Shown piece after piece: positions 29,344-38,132 of a stretch of DNA of 64,000 nt; the first letter of the stretch is position 1, and each line of letters starts with the position of its first letter. The translations under genes were made by a program, and so were the position numbers. The notes beneath the pieces were generated by a model that was given only the letters and a program-made list of their open reading frames with translations, did not search any database and was not told where the DNA came from. Source of the stretch: Negativicutes bacterium (GTDB lineage: Bacteria > Bacillota > Negativicutes > UBA1444); assembly GCA_963665275.2 (NCBI GenBank), contig CAXXIN010000007.1, positions 352,001 to 416,000 of the forward strand. The letters run 5' to 3'.

Positions 29344-30437
29344 ATGATCAGTACCTCGTTATTGAATCCCTACAAACTGGGGAACGTCGAATTGAAAAAC
29401 CGAATCGTCATGTCGCCAATGACTCGTTCACGAGCCATTGACAACATCCCGAACGAATTGATGGCAGATTACTATCGTCAGCGCTCTGGAGCCGGGCTTA
29501 TCATCACCGAGGGCACTTCTCCTTCGCCCAATGGGCTCGGATATTGTCGCATTCCGGGGATCTATCAGCCAGGCGCAGGTGGACGGATGGGCAAAGGTCA
29601 CCAAAGCGGTTCATGCCAAAGGCAGCAGAATGTTCATTCAGTTGATGCACACTGGACGCATCAGCCATCAGGCGAATATGCCGGAAAATGCTGTGATTAT
29701 GGCGCCCTCCGCTGTGAAACCGGCCGGGCAGATCTTCACAGATTCTCTAGGGCTTCAGGATTTCCCTGTCCCCAAAGCAATGACACAAGAAGATATCAAT
29801 CATACCAGGCAGGAATACATTACGGCCGCTGCTCAATGCAGTGAAGGCAGGATTCGATGGCGTTGAACTGCATGGCGCCAACGGGTACCTGTTGGAACAA
29901 TTCTTGTCTCCTTTCAGCAATATCAGAGAAGATAGCTTCGGGGGCACTATCGAAAACCGTTGCCGATTTTTGCTGGAAATTGCCGAAGGAACCATTAAAG
30001 CCATCGGCAAGGATAAGGTCGGCATCCGTCTGTCCCCCTACGGTGTGGCAAGTGATATGCATTACTACCCTGAAGTTGACGACACTTATAAATATCTCGC
30101 TGAAAAGCTGAACGCCCTGGGAGTTGTTTATATCCATCTGGCAGATCATAGCGGCATGGGTGCGCCCGAGGTGCCCCTGACAATCAAAACTGCGATTCGT
30201 GATCGAATGAAGGGCGCCGTGATTCTCTGTGGCGACTATATGGCTGAACGCGCCGAAGCAGACCTTCAGAGCGGTCTTGCGAACTTGATTGCCTTCGGCA
30301 GACCCTTTATCAACAACCCCGACCTTGTCGAGCGATTCGCCAACAGCTGGCCTTTGGCAACAGCGCTCGATAAAGACACCTTTTATTCCCCCGGTGGAAA
30401 AGGCTATACCGACTATCCCGTTTATGCTTCTCGATAA
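29344..30437 (+). CDS. Old yellow enzyme / alkene reductase (NemA-like), frameshifted
   Basis: [38 protein letters not shown] and [11 protein letters not shown] spread over three frames. Confidence 0.88.
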
Positions 30438-30468
30438 AGCCTGACCGTTACTCTTGCGCACTTGCGAC

Positions 30469-30493
30469 AAGGCCCACGAAGTTCGTGGGCCTT
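30469..30493 (+). terminator. Hairpin, covarying variant of the 6742/26951 core
   Basis: AAGGCCCACGAA-G-TTCGTGGGCCTT. Confidence 0.65.
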
Positions 30494-30604
30494 TGCTATG
30501 CCTAAGTATATACTTTCGGATAGTGGTTGATTTCATAGCATTGCCATATAATAAAACCGGATTATAGAAGCAGTTCGAAGGCTTCGAAGGGTAGGCGGAC
30601 CATT

Positions 30605-31759
30605 ATGTTTGAAAGCTGGCATCGGTTATCGCGTCAAGACAAGTTTTTTTTGGTGAAGTTCGTATTGGCTATTTTTATTTTTTATTCCACCATTACTTAT
30701 TTAAGTGCATCCTCTATGTATAAAGACATGAATGACTCTCGGATCAGACATGCGGGGAAGTTGAGGGAATCCGGCGTTGATCTCGATAAAGCCGCCAGAG
30801 CCAATTCCGAGGGGGAAGTGAAATGGTGGGCCAAAGACTATGCGGTCCAATTGTCCGATGACGGTGATTTTACTAAAGTCAAAGTCGGCGTCTATATCGA
30901 TGACATTGAAACCCTTTCTGTCAAAGAGTCTTTTTGGAATACGCACTTCTACATCTGGTTTACCTGGCATGGAGACAAAACTCTGGATCCGGGAGGCAAA
31001 ATGGTTCTTGTCGATGGAACGATAAATAAAAAAGACCTGCTCGAAGAATATCACGGCGATGATGGAGTAAATTACCAACGCTATCGCGTATCAGCAAGAA
31101 TTATCAAGTTTTTCGATACGACAAGGGTCCCGATTGAAGACCACATGCTGAATATTTACGTTGAAGATGGATTCAGAGACGGAAACAAAGTCCGTTATGT
31201 AGCTGATAGCATCAAAGTAAGTCCCCGTGTTCAAATTCCAGGCTTCAAAATCACAAAAACAGCCAATGTGATACAGGCGCATTCCTACAACTCTTCTTAC
31301 GGCGATCCTCGAATTACGGATGGTTCCGGCAAAATATTTTCACAATATCTCGCTGCCATGCGAATTAGCCGCACTGATTTTGGTTTCTACATTGAGATTT
31401 TCCTTTCCTTGTTTGCAGCGATTCTCCTGGCACTATTCAGTTTTTTCATCAGGCCCTCCGATATAGGATCTCGGATGTCTTTGCCAACCGGTGCTTATTT
31501 TGGCGCCGTAGCCAACTCTTATGTTGCCAATGGCGTTTTACCACCTTCTGCCGGAGAGTTTGGCCTAGTAGATCATATTACCGGCATTGGCCTTTTTACC
31601 ATTGCATTAACGATTTGCCTGGCGTTAACCTCCTACCACTTCTATGTGCGCAAAGATGAAAAAGATTTATCGATTGCGATGGATCGATTAATGGTCATTA
31701 CGGTAGGTGTGAGTTGTATATTTGCCAACATTATCATTCCCTTCTGTGCCCGAGGATAG
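30605..31759 (+). CDS. Prokaryotic pentameric ligand-gated ion channel (ELIC/GLIC-like)
   Basis: VKVGVYIDDI..LSVKESFWNTHFYIWFTW beta1-2; Pro-loop FDTTRVPIEDHML; pre-M1 ISR; four C-terminal TMs with an M2-M3 loop LPP...LVD. Confidence 0.78.
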   Translation: MFESWHRLSRQDKFFLVKFVLAIFIFYSTITYLSASSMYKDMNDSRIRHAGKLRESGVDLDKAARANSEGEVKWWAKDYAVQLSDDGDFTKVKVGVYIDDIETLSVKESFWNTHFYIWFTWHGDKTLDPGGKMVLVDGTINKKDLLEEYHGDDGVNYQRYRVSARIIKFFDTTRVPIEDHMLNIYVEDGFRDGNKVRYVADSIKVSPRVQIPGFKITKTANVIQAHSYNSSYGDPRITDGSGKIFSQYLAAMRISRTDFGFYIEIFLSLFAAILLALFSFFIRPSDIGSRMSLPTGAYFGAVANSYVANGVLPPSAGEFGLVDHITGIGLFTIALTICLALTSYHFYVRKDEKDLSIAMDRLMVITVGVSCIFANIIIPFCARG

Positions 31760-31809
31760 GGCAATTCTCCCTCAAGTAAGGAACATCCGGAACTTTCGCG
31801 AATTCATAC

Positions 31810-31890
31810 AGGCTTAATCTGATTCCCAGGCGTTATCAGATTAAGCCTAAAAGGGGCCGTACCTCTCAATGAGAGGTACGGCCCCTTTTA
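31810..31890. terminator. Two abutting strong hairpins (14-bp and 20-bp stems)
   Basis: AGGCTTAATCTGAT/ATCAGATTAAGCCT and TAAAAGGGGCCGTACCTCTC-AAT-GAGAGGTACGGCCCCTTTTA. Confidence 0.75.
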
Positions 31891-31912
31891 GCATCACGAT
31901 ATCCGCTTGAAA

Positions 31913-32032
31913 TTAGTTGCTCAATTCTCCGTTAAGCGCCCAAACGCGCCAGGCATAAGCCAGCGACAATCCAAAAACAACCAGCCCAATTTTAGCGACA
32001 GTATCCAGTGCAGTCAATGCAAAATTTTCCAT
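31913..32032 (-). CDS. Small single-TM peptide (39 aa; not in ORF track)
   Basis: RBS AAGGAG (32047-32042); MENFALTALDTVAKIGLVVFGLSLAYAWRVWALNGELSN; strong terminator follows. Confidence 0.65.
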   Translation of the reverse strand: MENFALTALDTVAKIGLVVFGLSLAYAWRVWALNGELSN

Positions 32033-32179
32033 TTTCAAACACTCCTTGCAACTTCTTTATCGTACTTTGACAAGCAACATATTCTCTATTACGATTATAG
32101 CAAGGAAAGTTTGATATTAATAATATCTATTTGCACTGAGTTGCATATGAAATTCGAATGTATAAGGAGGAGCTTTTCC

Positions 32180-33040
32180 ATGGAAATTCGTCAACTCAAA
32201 TATTTTCTCGCCGTCGCCGAAGAGGGTCAGATTACCAAAGCAGCAGAAAAACTTCACATTACACAACCGCCGCTCAGCCAGCAAATTATATTGTTGGAAA
32301 ATGAACTGGGAGTAAAACTATTTCAGCGTACCAAGAAACAGATCCGCCTCACCGAAGCAGGACGCTCATTGCAAAATCGCGCTGAACAAATGATAGAATT
32401 GTTGAAAACCACAGTCGAAGAAGTTCAAAAAACGGCTGAAGGGTTGGGCGGAAAATTGACGCTCGGCACCATCACATCCTCCGGCAGATCCTTGATCCCA
32501 GAATCCATTCAAAAATTCCACGCTTTATATCCTGACGTCACCTTTGATTTGCGGCAGGGCGACTCCCGGCGGATCCAGGAACTGCTTGACGCCGGCTTGA
32601 TCGAAATAGGGATCGTCCGGCTTCCTGTCGATGATTCTCAATATAACTCCATCGCACTACCCCGTGAAAACATGGTTGTTGTTTCGTCTCCCGGAGCATT
32701 TCTGCCGCAAGATCTGCAAGAGCTGGACCTCAGTCAGCTGGAAAACATTCCGCTGCTGATCCATCGCCGTTATGCTTCCAAGGTAACGGATTACTGCCGG
32801 AACATCCTTTGTATCAGTGATGATGTCACTCCCTTATTGCTCTGGACAAGATATGGGCTAGGAGTCGCGATCGTACCGGAATCGGCAGTCAAGCTAATGC
32901 AAGGGTCCCCACTGTTGGTACATAAAATAACCAGGCCCACCCTCGTGACTACCGGCGCAGTAATCTGGCGAAAAAAGCATACGCTCTCTTCAGCCGCTTC
33001 CCATTTTATTGAACTTTTTCAGTCACTCCCTGTAGAGTAA
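32180..33040 (+). CDS. LysR-family transcriptional regulator
   Basis: RBS AAGGAGG; MEIRQLKYFLAVAEEGQITKAAEKLHITQPPLSQQI. Confidence 0.93.
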   Translation: MEIRQLKYFLAVAEEGQITKAAEKLHITQPPLSQQIILLENELGVKLFQRTKKQIRLTEAGRSLQNRAEQMIELLKTTVEEVQKTAEGLGGKLTLGTITSSGRSLIPESIQKFHALYPDVTFDLRQGDSRRIQELLDAGLIEIGIVRLPVDDSQYNSIALPRENMVVVSSPGAFLPQDLQELDLSQLENIPLLIHRRYASKVTDYCRNILCISDDVTPLLLWTRYGLGVAIVPESAVKLMQGSPLLVHKITRPTLVTTGAVIWRKKHTLSSAASHFIELFQSLPVE

Positions 33041-33156
33041 AGAGCCTCTTCAATCAAAGCAATAACCATTGTCCCTGCGACCGCAGAGATTTCAAATCCA
33101 TGATAGAATATAAAAATATTCCCCCGAATAAGTTTTTTCGCACAGGCGGTGACTCA

Positions 33157-34062
33157 TTGCATACAGCAAAAAGCAACAATTTCATCTTTGCATTACTTAT
33201 ATTTGTAGTCTTGCTCTGGGGTATTAATGTTGTAATGATAAAATATCTCACGAATTTTTACCCGCCCCTGGCCTTGGCGCCAATCCGCCTCTCCCTGGCG
33301 ACAGCCCTGCTCTTACCGGTCGTATTATGGAAGCAGGGATATGCGAAGCCTCCCATTTCCGCCCTCTTTTCAATCGTGGGCGTCGCAACTTTCTCGATTT
33401 TCCTGCATCAACTTTCATTATCCTGGGGTATCGCCATGACCAGCAGCACCCATGCATCACTCATTCTGGGATTAAACCCGCTCCTAACAACCGTGCTGGC
33501 CAGCTTCCTCATGAAAGAACCCTTCACTCGCGCCAAAATTCTCGGCATCCTGTTGGGATTCACTGGTGTTGCCCTGGTGGTTTCCGGTGTGTCAAAGGGA
33601 TCGTCATCGTTCATTGGCGATCTCATGATGTTCGTTGCAACAATCACTTTTGTTGTTGGTTCGTTATTCGTAAAAAAGAGCACGACTGTCTTGTCTCCGC
33701 TTATCGTGACAGCCTACAGTCACATGCTTGCCTCGATTGGCCTTTTGGTCACAGGCTGGTTCGTCAACCCGGTTTGGAGCTACCCCGGGGCCTTCGCTCC
33801 CCTCCCGCTGACTGTGCTTTTGTTTTCCAGTCTGGTCAATACAGCTCTGGGGGCCCTGTGGTGGAATATGGGAATCCAGCGCATCGGCGCTGCCACTGCG
33901 TCTTTGTTCTTGAATGGAACGCCTGTAACAGGAGTCTTTGCCGCAGCATTATTTTTAGGCGAAGAACTTTACTGGGCACATTACGTCGCGCTTATTCTGG
34001 TCATTTTGGGCGTCAGTCTGGGAACTGGCGTCATCGGTCGCCGGGAAGGCGTCAAGTGTTGA
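33157..34062 (+). CDS. DMT/EamA-family transporter
   Basis: About 10 TMs; LLWG.N, NPL and GA..ASLFLN.P EamA motifs; TTG start inferred. Confidence 0.88.
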   Translation: MHTAKSNNFIFALLIFVVLLWGINVVMIKYLTNFYPPLALAPIRLSLATALLLPVVLWKQGYAKPPISALFSIVGVATFSIFLHQLSLSWGIAMTSSTHASLILGLNPLLTTVLASFLMKEPFTRAKILGILLGFTGVALVVSGVSKGSSSFIGDLMMFVATITFVVGSLFVKKSTTVLSPLIVTAYSHMLASIGLLVTGWFVNPVWSYPGAFAPLPLTVLLFSSLVNTALGALWWNMGIQRIGAATASLFLNGTPVTGVFAAALFLGEELYWAHYVALILVILGVSLGTGVIGRREGVKC

Positions 34063-34140
34063 TCAGATTTGAAGGGAAATCGTCACATTATCTAGAACTA
34101 TTATTTGATAATGCTATTTTCGTAACTGCTGGAGGCCTCA

Positions 34141-35220
34141 ATGTTTGACAAATTCACTGAAATCGAAGTCTTGATTCGAGAAGCCAATTTCATTATGCGT
34201 ATCGCCTTTCTTCTTGTAAGCATGGCGGCTGGCGTTGCATTGAGCCAGTTGATCTTTGCCAGACTGCGCAAGGTGGTCGCCCGGGTTACCGACGGCTCTT
34301 ATCCTCTGGTGCAACGCGCTTTAAGAGGAATTCCCACGGTGTGGGGAATTCTCCTGGGGGGATACGTTGCAATCGAAATTCTCCCCCTCCATCCAAAGAT
34401 GCTGCAGTTCCTGGAAACATTATTTAACGCGATTGGCATCTTGTCCCTGACGATCATGGGCGCGCGACTGTTATCTGGTTTGCTCACCCAAAAGGTTCAA
34501 AAAACAGCCGGGACTTTTGCTTCCACTTCTATCCTGGTCACAACCATTGAATTGATTGTTTATATCACAGGCTCATTATTTTTGCTCCAGACCTTCGGGG
34601 TCTCGATCACGCCGTTGCTCACAGCTCTAGGCGTTGGTGGTTTGGCGGTAGCGCTCGCGCTGCAGGATACTCTGTCGAATTTATTTTCCGGCATCAATAT
34701 TCTGCTGTCCAAGCAAATCAAGATCAGCGACTATGTCAAACTGTCGACTGGTGAAGAAGGAACCGTTGTAGACATGAACTGGCGCAACACCACCATCAAA
34801 CTGCCGTCTGACAACATGGTTGTCGTTCCCAATCAAAAAATCGCGAGTTCCATCCTCACCAACTTTGCATTGCCTTATGCAGAGTGCTCCATCGTCATTC
34901 CGGTGGGAGTCAGTTATGACAGCGACCTGGAACAGGTCGAAAAAACCACCTCTGCTGTTGCCAAAGAAGTGCTTCAGGACACTGAGGGCGGTGTCGGCAG
35001 CTTTGAGCCGTTCATCCGCTATGGCAGTTTTGCTCCATCCAGCATCACCTTTAACGTCATCCTGCGTGTTAAAAGCGTGACGAATCAAGCCCTGATCCAA
35101 CACGAATTTATCAAGCGGCTTCACCTACGATATCGGCAGGAAGGAATCGAAATTCCCTTCCCCACAACTTCTGTGAGGCTTCAACAAACGACCCTTACAG
35201 ATGAAACAACCCCAAAATAA
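34141..35220 (+). CDS. Small-conductance mechanosensitive channel (MscS family)
   Basis: LGVGGLAVALALQDTLSNLFSG; EGTVVDMNWRNT; VVPNQ; GIEIPFP. Confidence 0.93.
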   Translation: MFDKFTEIEVLIREANFIMRIAFLLVSMAAGVALSQLIFARLRKVVARVTDGSYPLVQRALRGIPTVWGILLGGYVAIEILPLHPKMLQFLETLFNAIGILSLTIMGARLLSGLLTQKVQKTAGTFASTSILVTTIELIVYITGSLFLLQTFGVSITPLLTALGVGGLAVALALQDTLSNLFSGINILLSKQIKISDYVKLSTGEEGTVVDMNWRNTTIKLPSDNMVVVPNQKIASSILTNFALPYAECSIVIPVGVSYDSDLEQVEKTTSAVAKEVLQDTEGGVGSFEPFIRYGSFAPSSITFNVILRVKSVTNQALIQHEFIKRLHLRYRQEGIEIPFPTTSVRLQQTTLTDETTPK

Positions 35221-35230
35221 AATTATGGCG

Positions 35231-35270
35231 AAAAAAAACGAAGGGGAAGATTTTCATCTTCCCCTTTTTT
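35231..35270. terminator. Bidirectional terminator (mscS and convergent ncRNA)
   Basis: A-tract, AAGGGGAAGAT-TTTC-ATCTTCCCCTT, T-tract. Confidence 0.85.
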
Positions 35271-35271
35271 A

Positions 35272-35535
35272 AAGCGACCACCCTTACAGCTGAGGCTGGA
35301 TATCTTCACTTGCTATTCTGATAGGTCTTTAACCTCCATGGGAATTGCTTGGCTTTTGCTTCGTCCAGGTTTTGGGTATTAGGTTGTAGGTTTCGTGTCT
35401 TGCGGTTTGATCTCGGGGTATAGGGAAAACACTCTCCTTGATGGACTGGTTTCGACGTGTACAAACTCGGAAAGATTGATCTTTCGTGGGTTTGTCTTTT
35501 CGCTGGAACCTTAAGTCGCTGTAAGGATGGTGCTT
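35272..35535 (-). ncRNA. Unclassified stand-alone ncRNA candidate (~265 nt)
   Basis: Own promoter TTGCAA-17-TACAAT with TG extension; predicted +1 coincides with an 18-bp 5'/3' closing helix; terminator follows immediately; no credible ORF. Confidence 0.7.
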
Positions 35536-35541
35536 GACTAT

Positions 35542-35570
35542 ATTGTAGCACAGTAATCAGAATTTTGCAA
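35542..35570 (-). promoter_or_regulatory. SigA promoter of the ncRNA candidate
   Basis: -35 TTGCAA (35570-35565), 17-bp spacer, TGc-TACAAT (-10 at 35547-35542). Confidence 0.75.
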
Positions 35571-35601
35571 TAACTATTCAAGATATTTTCAATCGGCTTT
35601 A

Positions 35602-37809
35602 TTAGCCGTTCGGTCCACGGAAACGGACACGCAAATCTTGCGGCTGCAAGGTCTTGCCTGTCAGAACATTGAGTATCGTATTGGCCGTTGCGTTGGGCGT
35701 AATGATGAGATGAACCATTTCCCCTTCGGTCTCGCCTGTGCCTGACGCCAGTCCTCCCAACATGTTGAACTTCAGATTGGTGAATTCCGTCTGGCGTCCT
35801 CGTTTGGTAAAGTTTCCTGTCAAGCCGCTGAAAGCGATTCCCTTGACGCTGCCGGCATTCATCTTGAAGTTTCCATCACCGCTGGCTTTGTCCCAGTCGC
35901 CGACGCCAGCGATGGTCGCCGCAAAATCAGCACGCCCCTGCACATCACGATCCGTCAGTTGCGCCGCATCAATGTTCTGTCCAGTGAGCTGCTGCCGATA
36001 CTCCATCGTCTTCGGAACGACCGTCCCGTTCAGATTGATCGTGCCGCCGAGGCACTGAGCCCGCCCGCCCGCCAACGTAAGTAGCCCATCAACATAGCTG
36101 AATCCGGCGCTCGCACCGGAAAAAGCCAGTTGGCCCAATGCACCGGACGCGATCTGGAAGTTGCCGCGGGCCTGATTTTTTTCTGGAGTTCCTGTCACCG
36201 TTGCCTGAAAAGCAATCACTCCTTTTAACGCACTATTCGGATTGAATGCCGTTGCGTTGAGTCCAGAGGAGGATATGTTCAGGCTGACCTGGGGCGAAGC
36301 CCCACCTGCGGCCAAAGTGATCACCCCGTTGACCGAAAGACGTTGCCCTGACAAAGTTACGCCGACATTGGACAAATCCACACGGTTTCCTTGTTTATGA
36401 AAGCTGCCTGTTGCATTGGCAATGGTATAGTCGGAAATCGTTCCGGCCGGTACGGAAAAAGCACCACTCGCTGCCATAGTATCCGCACTTCCCTGCCCAG
36501 TAACGGTCGCATTGAAATCCATCCGGCCAGACAAGCCTTTATTCGTCAAAATCGATCCGTCAACATTCTGGCCGGATACATTCAGATTATAGGCTGAAGA
36601 TTTGGGCACTATGGTTCCGGTAATACCAACGGATCCGCCCAACGCTTTTGCATTTGAGTTGGATAACGTGAGTTTGCCGTCGGCATAGCCGAAAGAGCCC
36701 TCGGCGTCGGTTATTGGATTGGCGTCGAACTGACCGCTGGCCATATTGAAAGTCCCCTGCGCCGTCGGTTTGTCGAGCGTCCCGCCCACATCCGCGTGAA
36801 AGGAAGCAGCCCCGTTAAGCGACGCTTTCGGTCCTGCCAGTGAGGCTACATTCATCCCTGCGGAACTGATCTGCAACGCCAGAACTGGTGATGCCGGCGT
36901 GAAATCGATAGAGCCGGCCACGGAAAGTTTATTTCCGTCGACCACGGCAGCGGCATCCTGCAGGATAACCTTTTGTCCCTGCAGTTTCAGTATGGCGGTT
37001 CCCTCTTTGAGAGCCATTCCCTGCAAATCCATGCCTAAGCCGGACAGCATAGCCTCGCCTGTCATTTGGACACCAGACTTTTCCTGGGTCACATTCCCCT
37101 TAATATCCTTAAGCGTTCCGGCCAGCAACTTGGGGTTACCGGCTGCTACAGGCAACAATGCCTGCACTTCGCTGAGTTCTATCGCATCGATTTTCAAAGC
37201 CAATTGAGTTTTCCCCTCGGAAATCCAGTTTCCTTGGACTGAGATTGTGCTGTTCCCCATTTTCCCTTTCAAATCGACCGCTACGGCAGGTGGCGCTGCA
37301 TAATCCAGCTCGCCCGAAATTCCAGAGAATTCGCGTTTCCAGTTCGGTGTAGAGACAGCAACCGCTGCATCTTTCAGAACGACACTCCCACGAAACAGCG
37401 AGGGGCGCTCCGCCTGAGGTTTCACCATCTCCTGAAGGTTCCATTTGCCGGCTTTATCGATATTCAATACCAGGTTTAGTTTTTCAACAGTAATCTGCTT
37501 CACACTATCGATCCCAAAACGGCCCCCGAGGAGGTCACTGAACTTGTAACTGACACTGATCTCATCACTTTCGGCAATTTTCACGTTCTTCGAATCGAAT
37601 AGCACAACTTTTTTCAGCACCGCTGATCCCAAAGCGGAAAAATCAAAATTACCAATTTCAATGCGCCCATTAATGGAAGCGTTAACCTGCGATAGCAAGA
37701 GTCCCTGCACACCGGCGAGAACACGGGGAGCCACCATCTTCCAGGCAACACCCGCCGCAATCAGTAAAGCAACAGCACTTGCCAGTATGATTTTTTGTGT
37801 TTTGGACAT
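35602..37809 (-). CDS. AsmA-like (repeating beta-groove) envelope protein
   Basis: N-terminal TM anchor; KAGKWNLQEM; long Gly-rich amphipathic beta-strand repeats with an internal ~200-aa duplication. Confidence 0.75.
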   Translation of the reverse strand: MSKTQKIILASAVALLIAAGVAWKMVAPRVLAGVQGLLLSQVNASINGRIEIGNFDFSALGSAVLKKVVLFDSKNVKIAESDEISVSYKFSDLLGGRFGIDSVKQITVEKLNLVLNIDKAGKWNLQEMVKPQAERPSLFRGSVVLKDAAVAVSTPNWKREFSGISGELDYAAPPAVAVDLKGKMGNSTISVQGNWISEGKTQLALKIDAIELSEVQALLPVAAGNPKLLAGTLKDIKGNVTQEKSGVQMTGEAMLSGLGMDLQGMALKEGTAILKLQGQKVILQDAAAVVDGNKLSVAGSIDFTPASPVLALQISSAGMNVASLAGPKASLNGAASFHADVGGTLDKPTAQGTFNMASGQFDANPITDAEGSFGYADGKLTLSNSNAKALGGSVGITGTIVPKSSAYNLNVSGQNVDGSILTNKGLSGRMDFNATVTGQGSADTMAASGAFSVPAGTISDYTIANATGSFHKQGNRVDLSNVGVTLSGQRLSVNGVITLAAGGASPQVSLNISSSGLNATAFNPNSALKGVIAFQATVTGTPEKNQARGNFQIASGALGQLAFSGASAGFSYVDGLLTLAGGRAQCLGGTINLNGTVVPKTMEYRQQLTGQNIDAAQLTDRDVQGRADFAATIAGVGDWDKASGDGNFKMNAGSVKGIAFSGLTGNFTKRGRQTEFTNLKFNMLGGLASGTGETEGEMVHLIITPNATANTILNVLTGKTLQPQDLRVRFRGPNG

Positions 37810-37977
37810 ATGAAACACCTCCATTTGTTCATTTCGTGGTTACCGCTTCAAAATCCTCGCTGCATAACTCATATTGGCAATCTACCTGCAGATTCTCACG
37901 GGCTATATTAATGCTGCATTTCATTTCTATTGACCCTCCTGCTTCAATTTGATAGAATTATTTCAAATAAGATAACT

Positions 37978-38071
37978 ACAGGATCAGGCCGTCGGTAATA
38001 CCGGCGCGTCGGGCTAACAAGCAGCAGGTTATGCCTGTGGGACCTTTTAAAAGGTTTCGCGGGCATATTTT
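37978..38071 (+). promoter_or_regulatory. NiCo (czcD) riboswitch with terminator
   Basis: GATCAGGC...GTCGGGC...GCAGCA...TGTGGGAC conserved blocks; overlapping terminator; promoter TTGACC-17-TAGAAT upstream; precedes a CDF gene. Confidence 0.85.
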
Positions 38072-38132
38072 ATGTGTTGCAGGGGTTCTTTGACCGATAT
38101 CCACCCAAATTCAGTATATGAGGAGCATGGCA

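Noticed and set aside
29842-29844. TGA inside the OYE gene as possible selenocysteine
   Set aside because: Explained by frameshifts; no SECIS, and no conserved Cys is expected there
31907-32179. N-terminal extension of the LysR ORF given in the ORF track
   Set aside because: A strong RBS and canonical LysR start lie at 32180; the extension overlaps an opposite-strand sORF
35272-35535. ncRNA candidate as SRP RNA, RNase P, tmRNA, 6S or T-box
   Set aside because: No CAGG..GGAAG..AGCAG SRP loop, no GGAAAGUCC and no tRNA-like CCA end. The interior is branched and A/C-rich rather than a 6S-like rod. AAGGGUGGU lacks the T-box ACC and there is no downstream gene. A divergent 6S cannot be fully excluded without cmscan.
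35306-35581. 91-aa minus-strand ORF over the ncRNA candidate
   Set aside because: TTG start lies upstream of the predicted promoter, has no RBS, and the product shows no protein-like features
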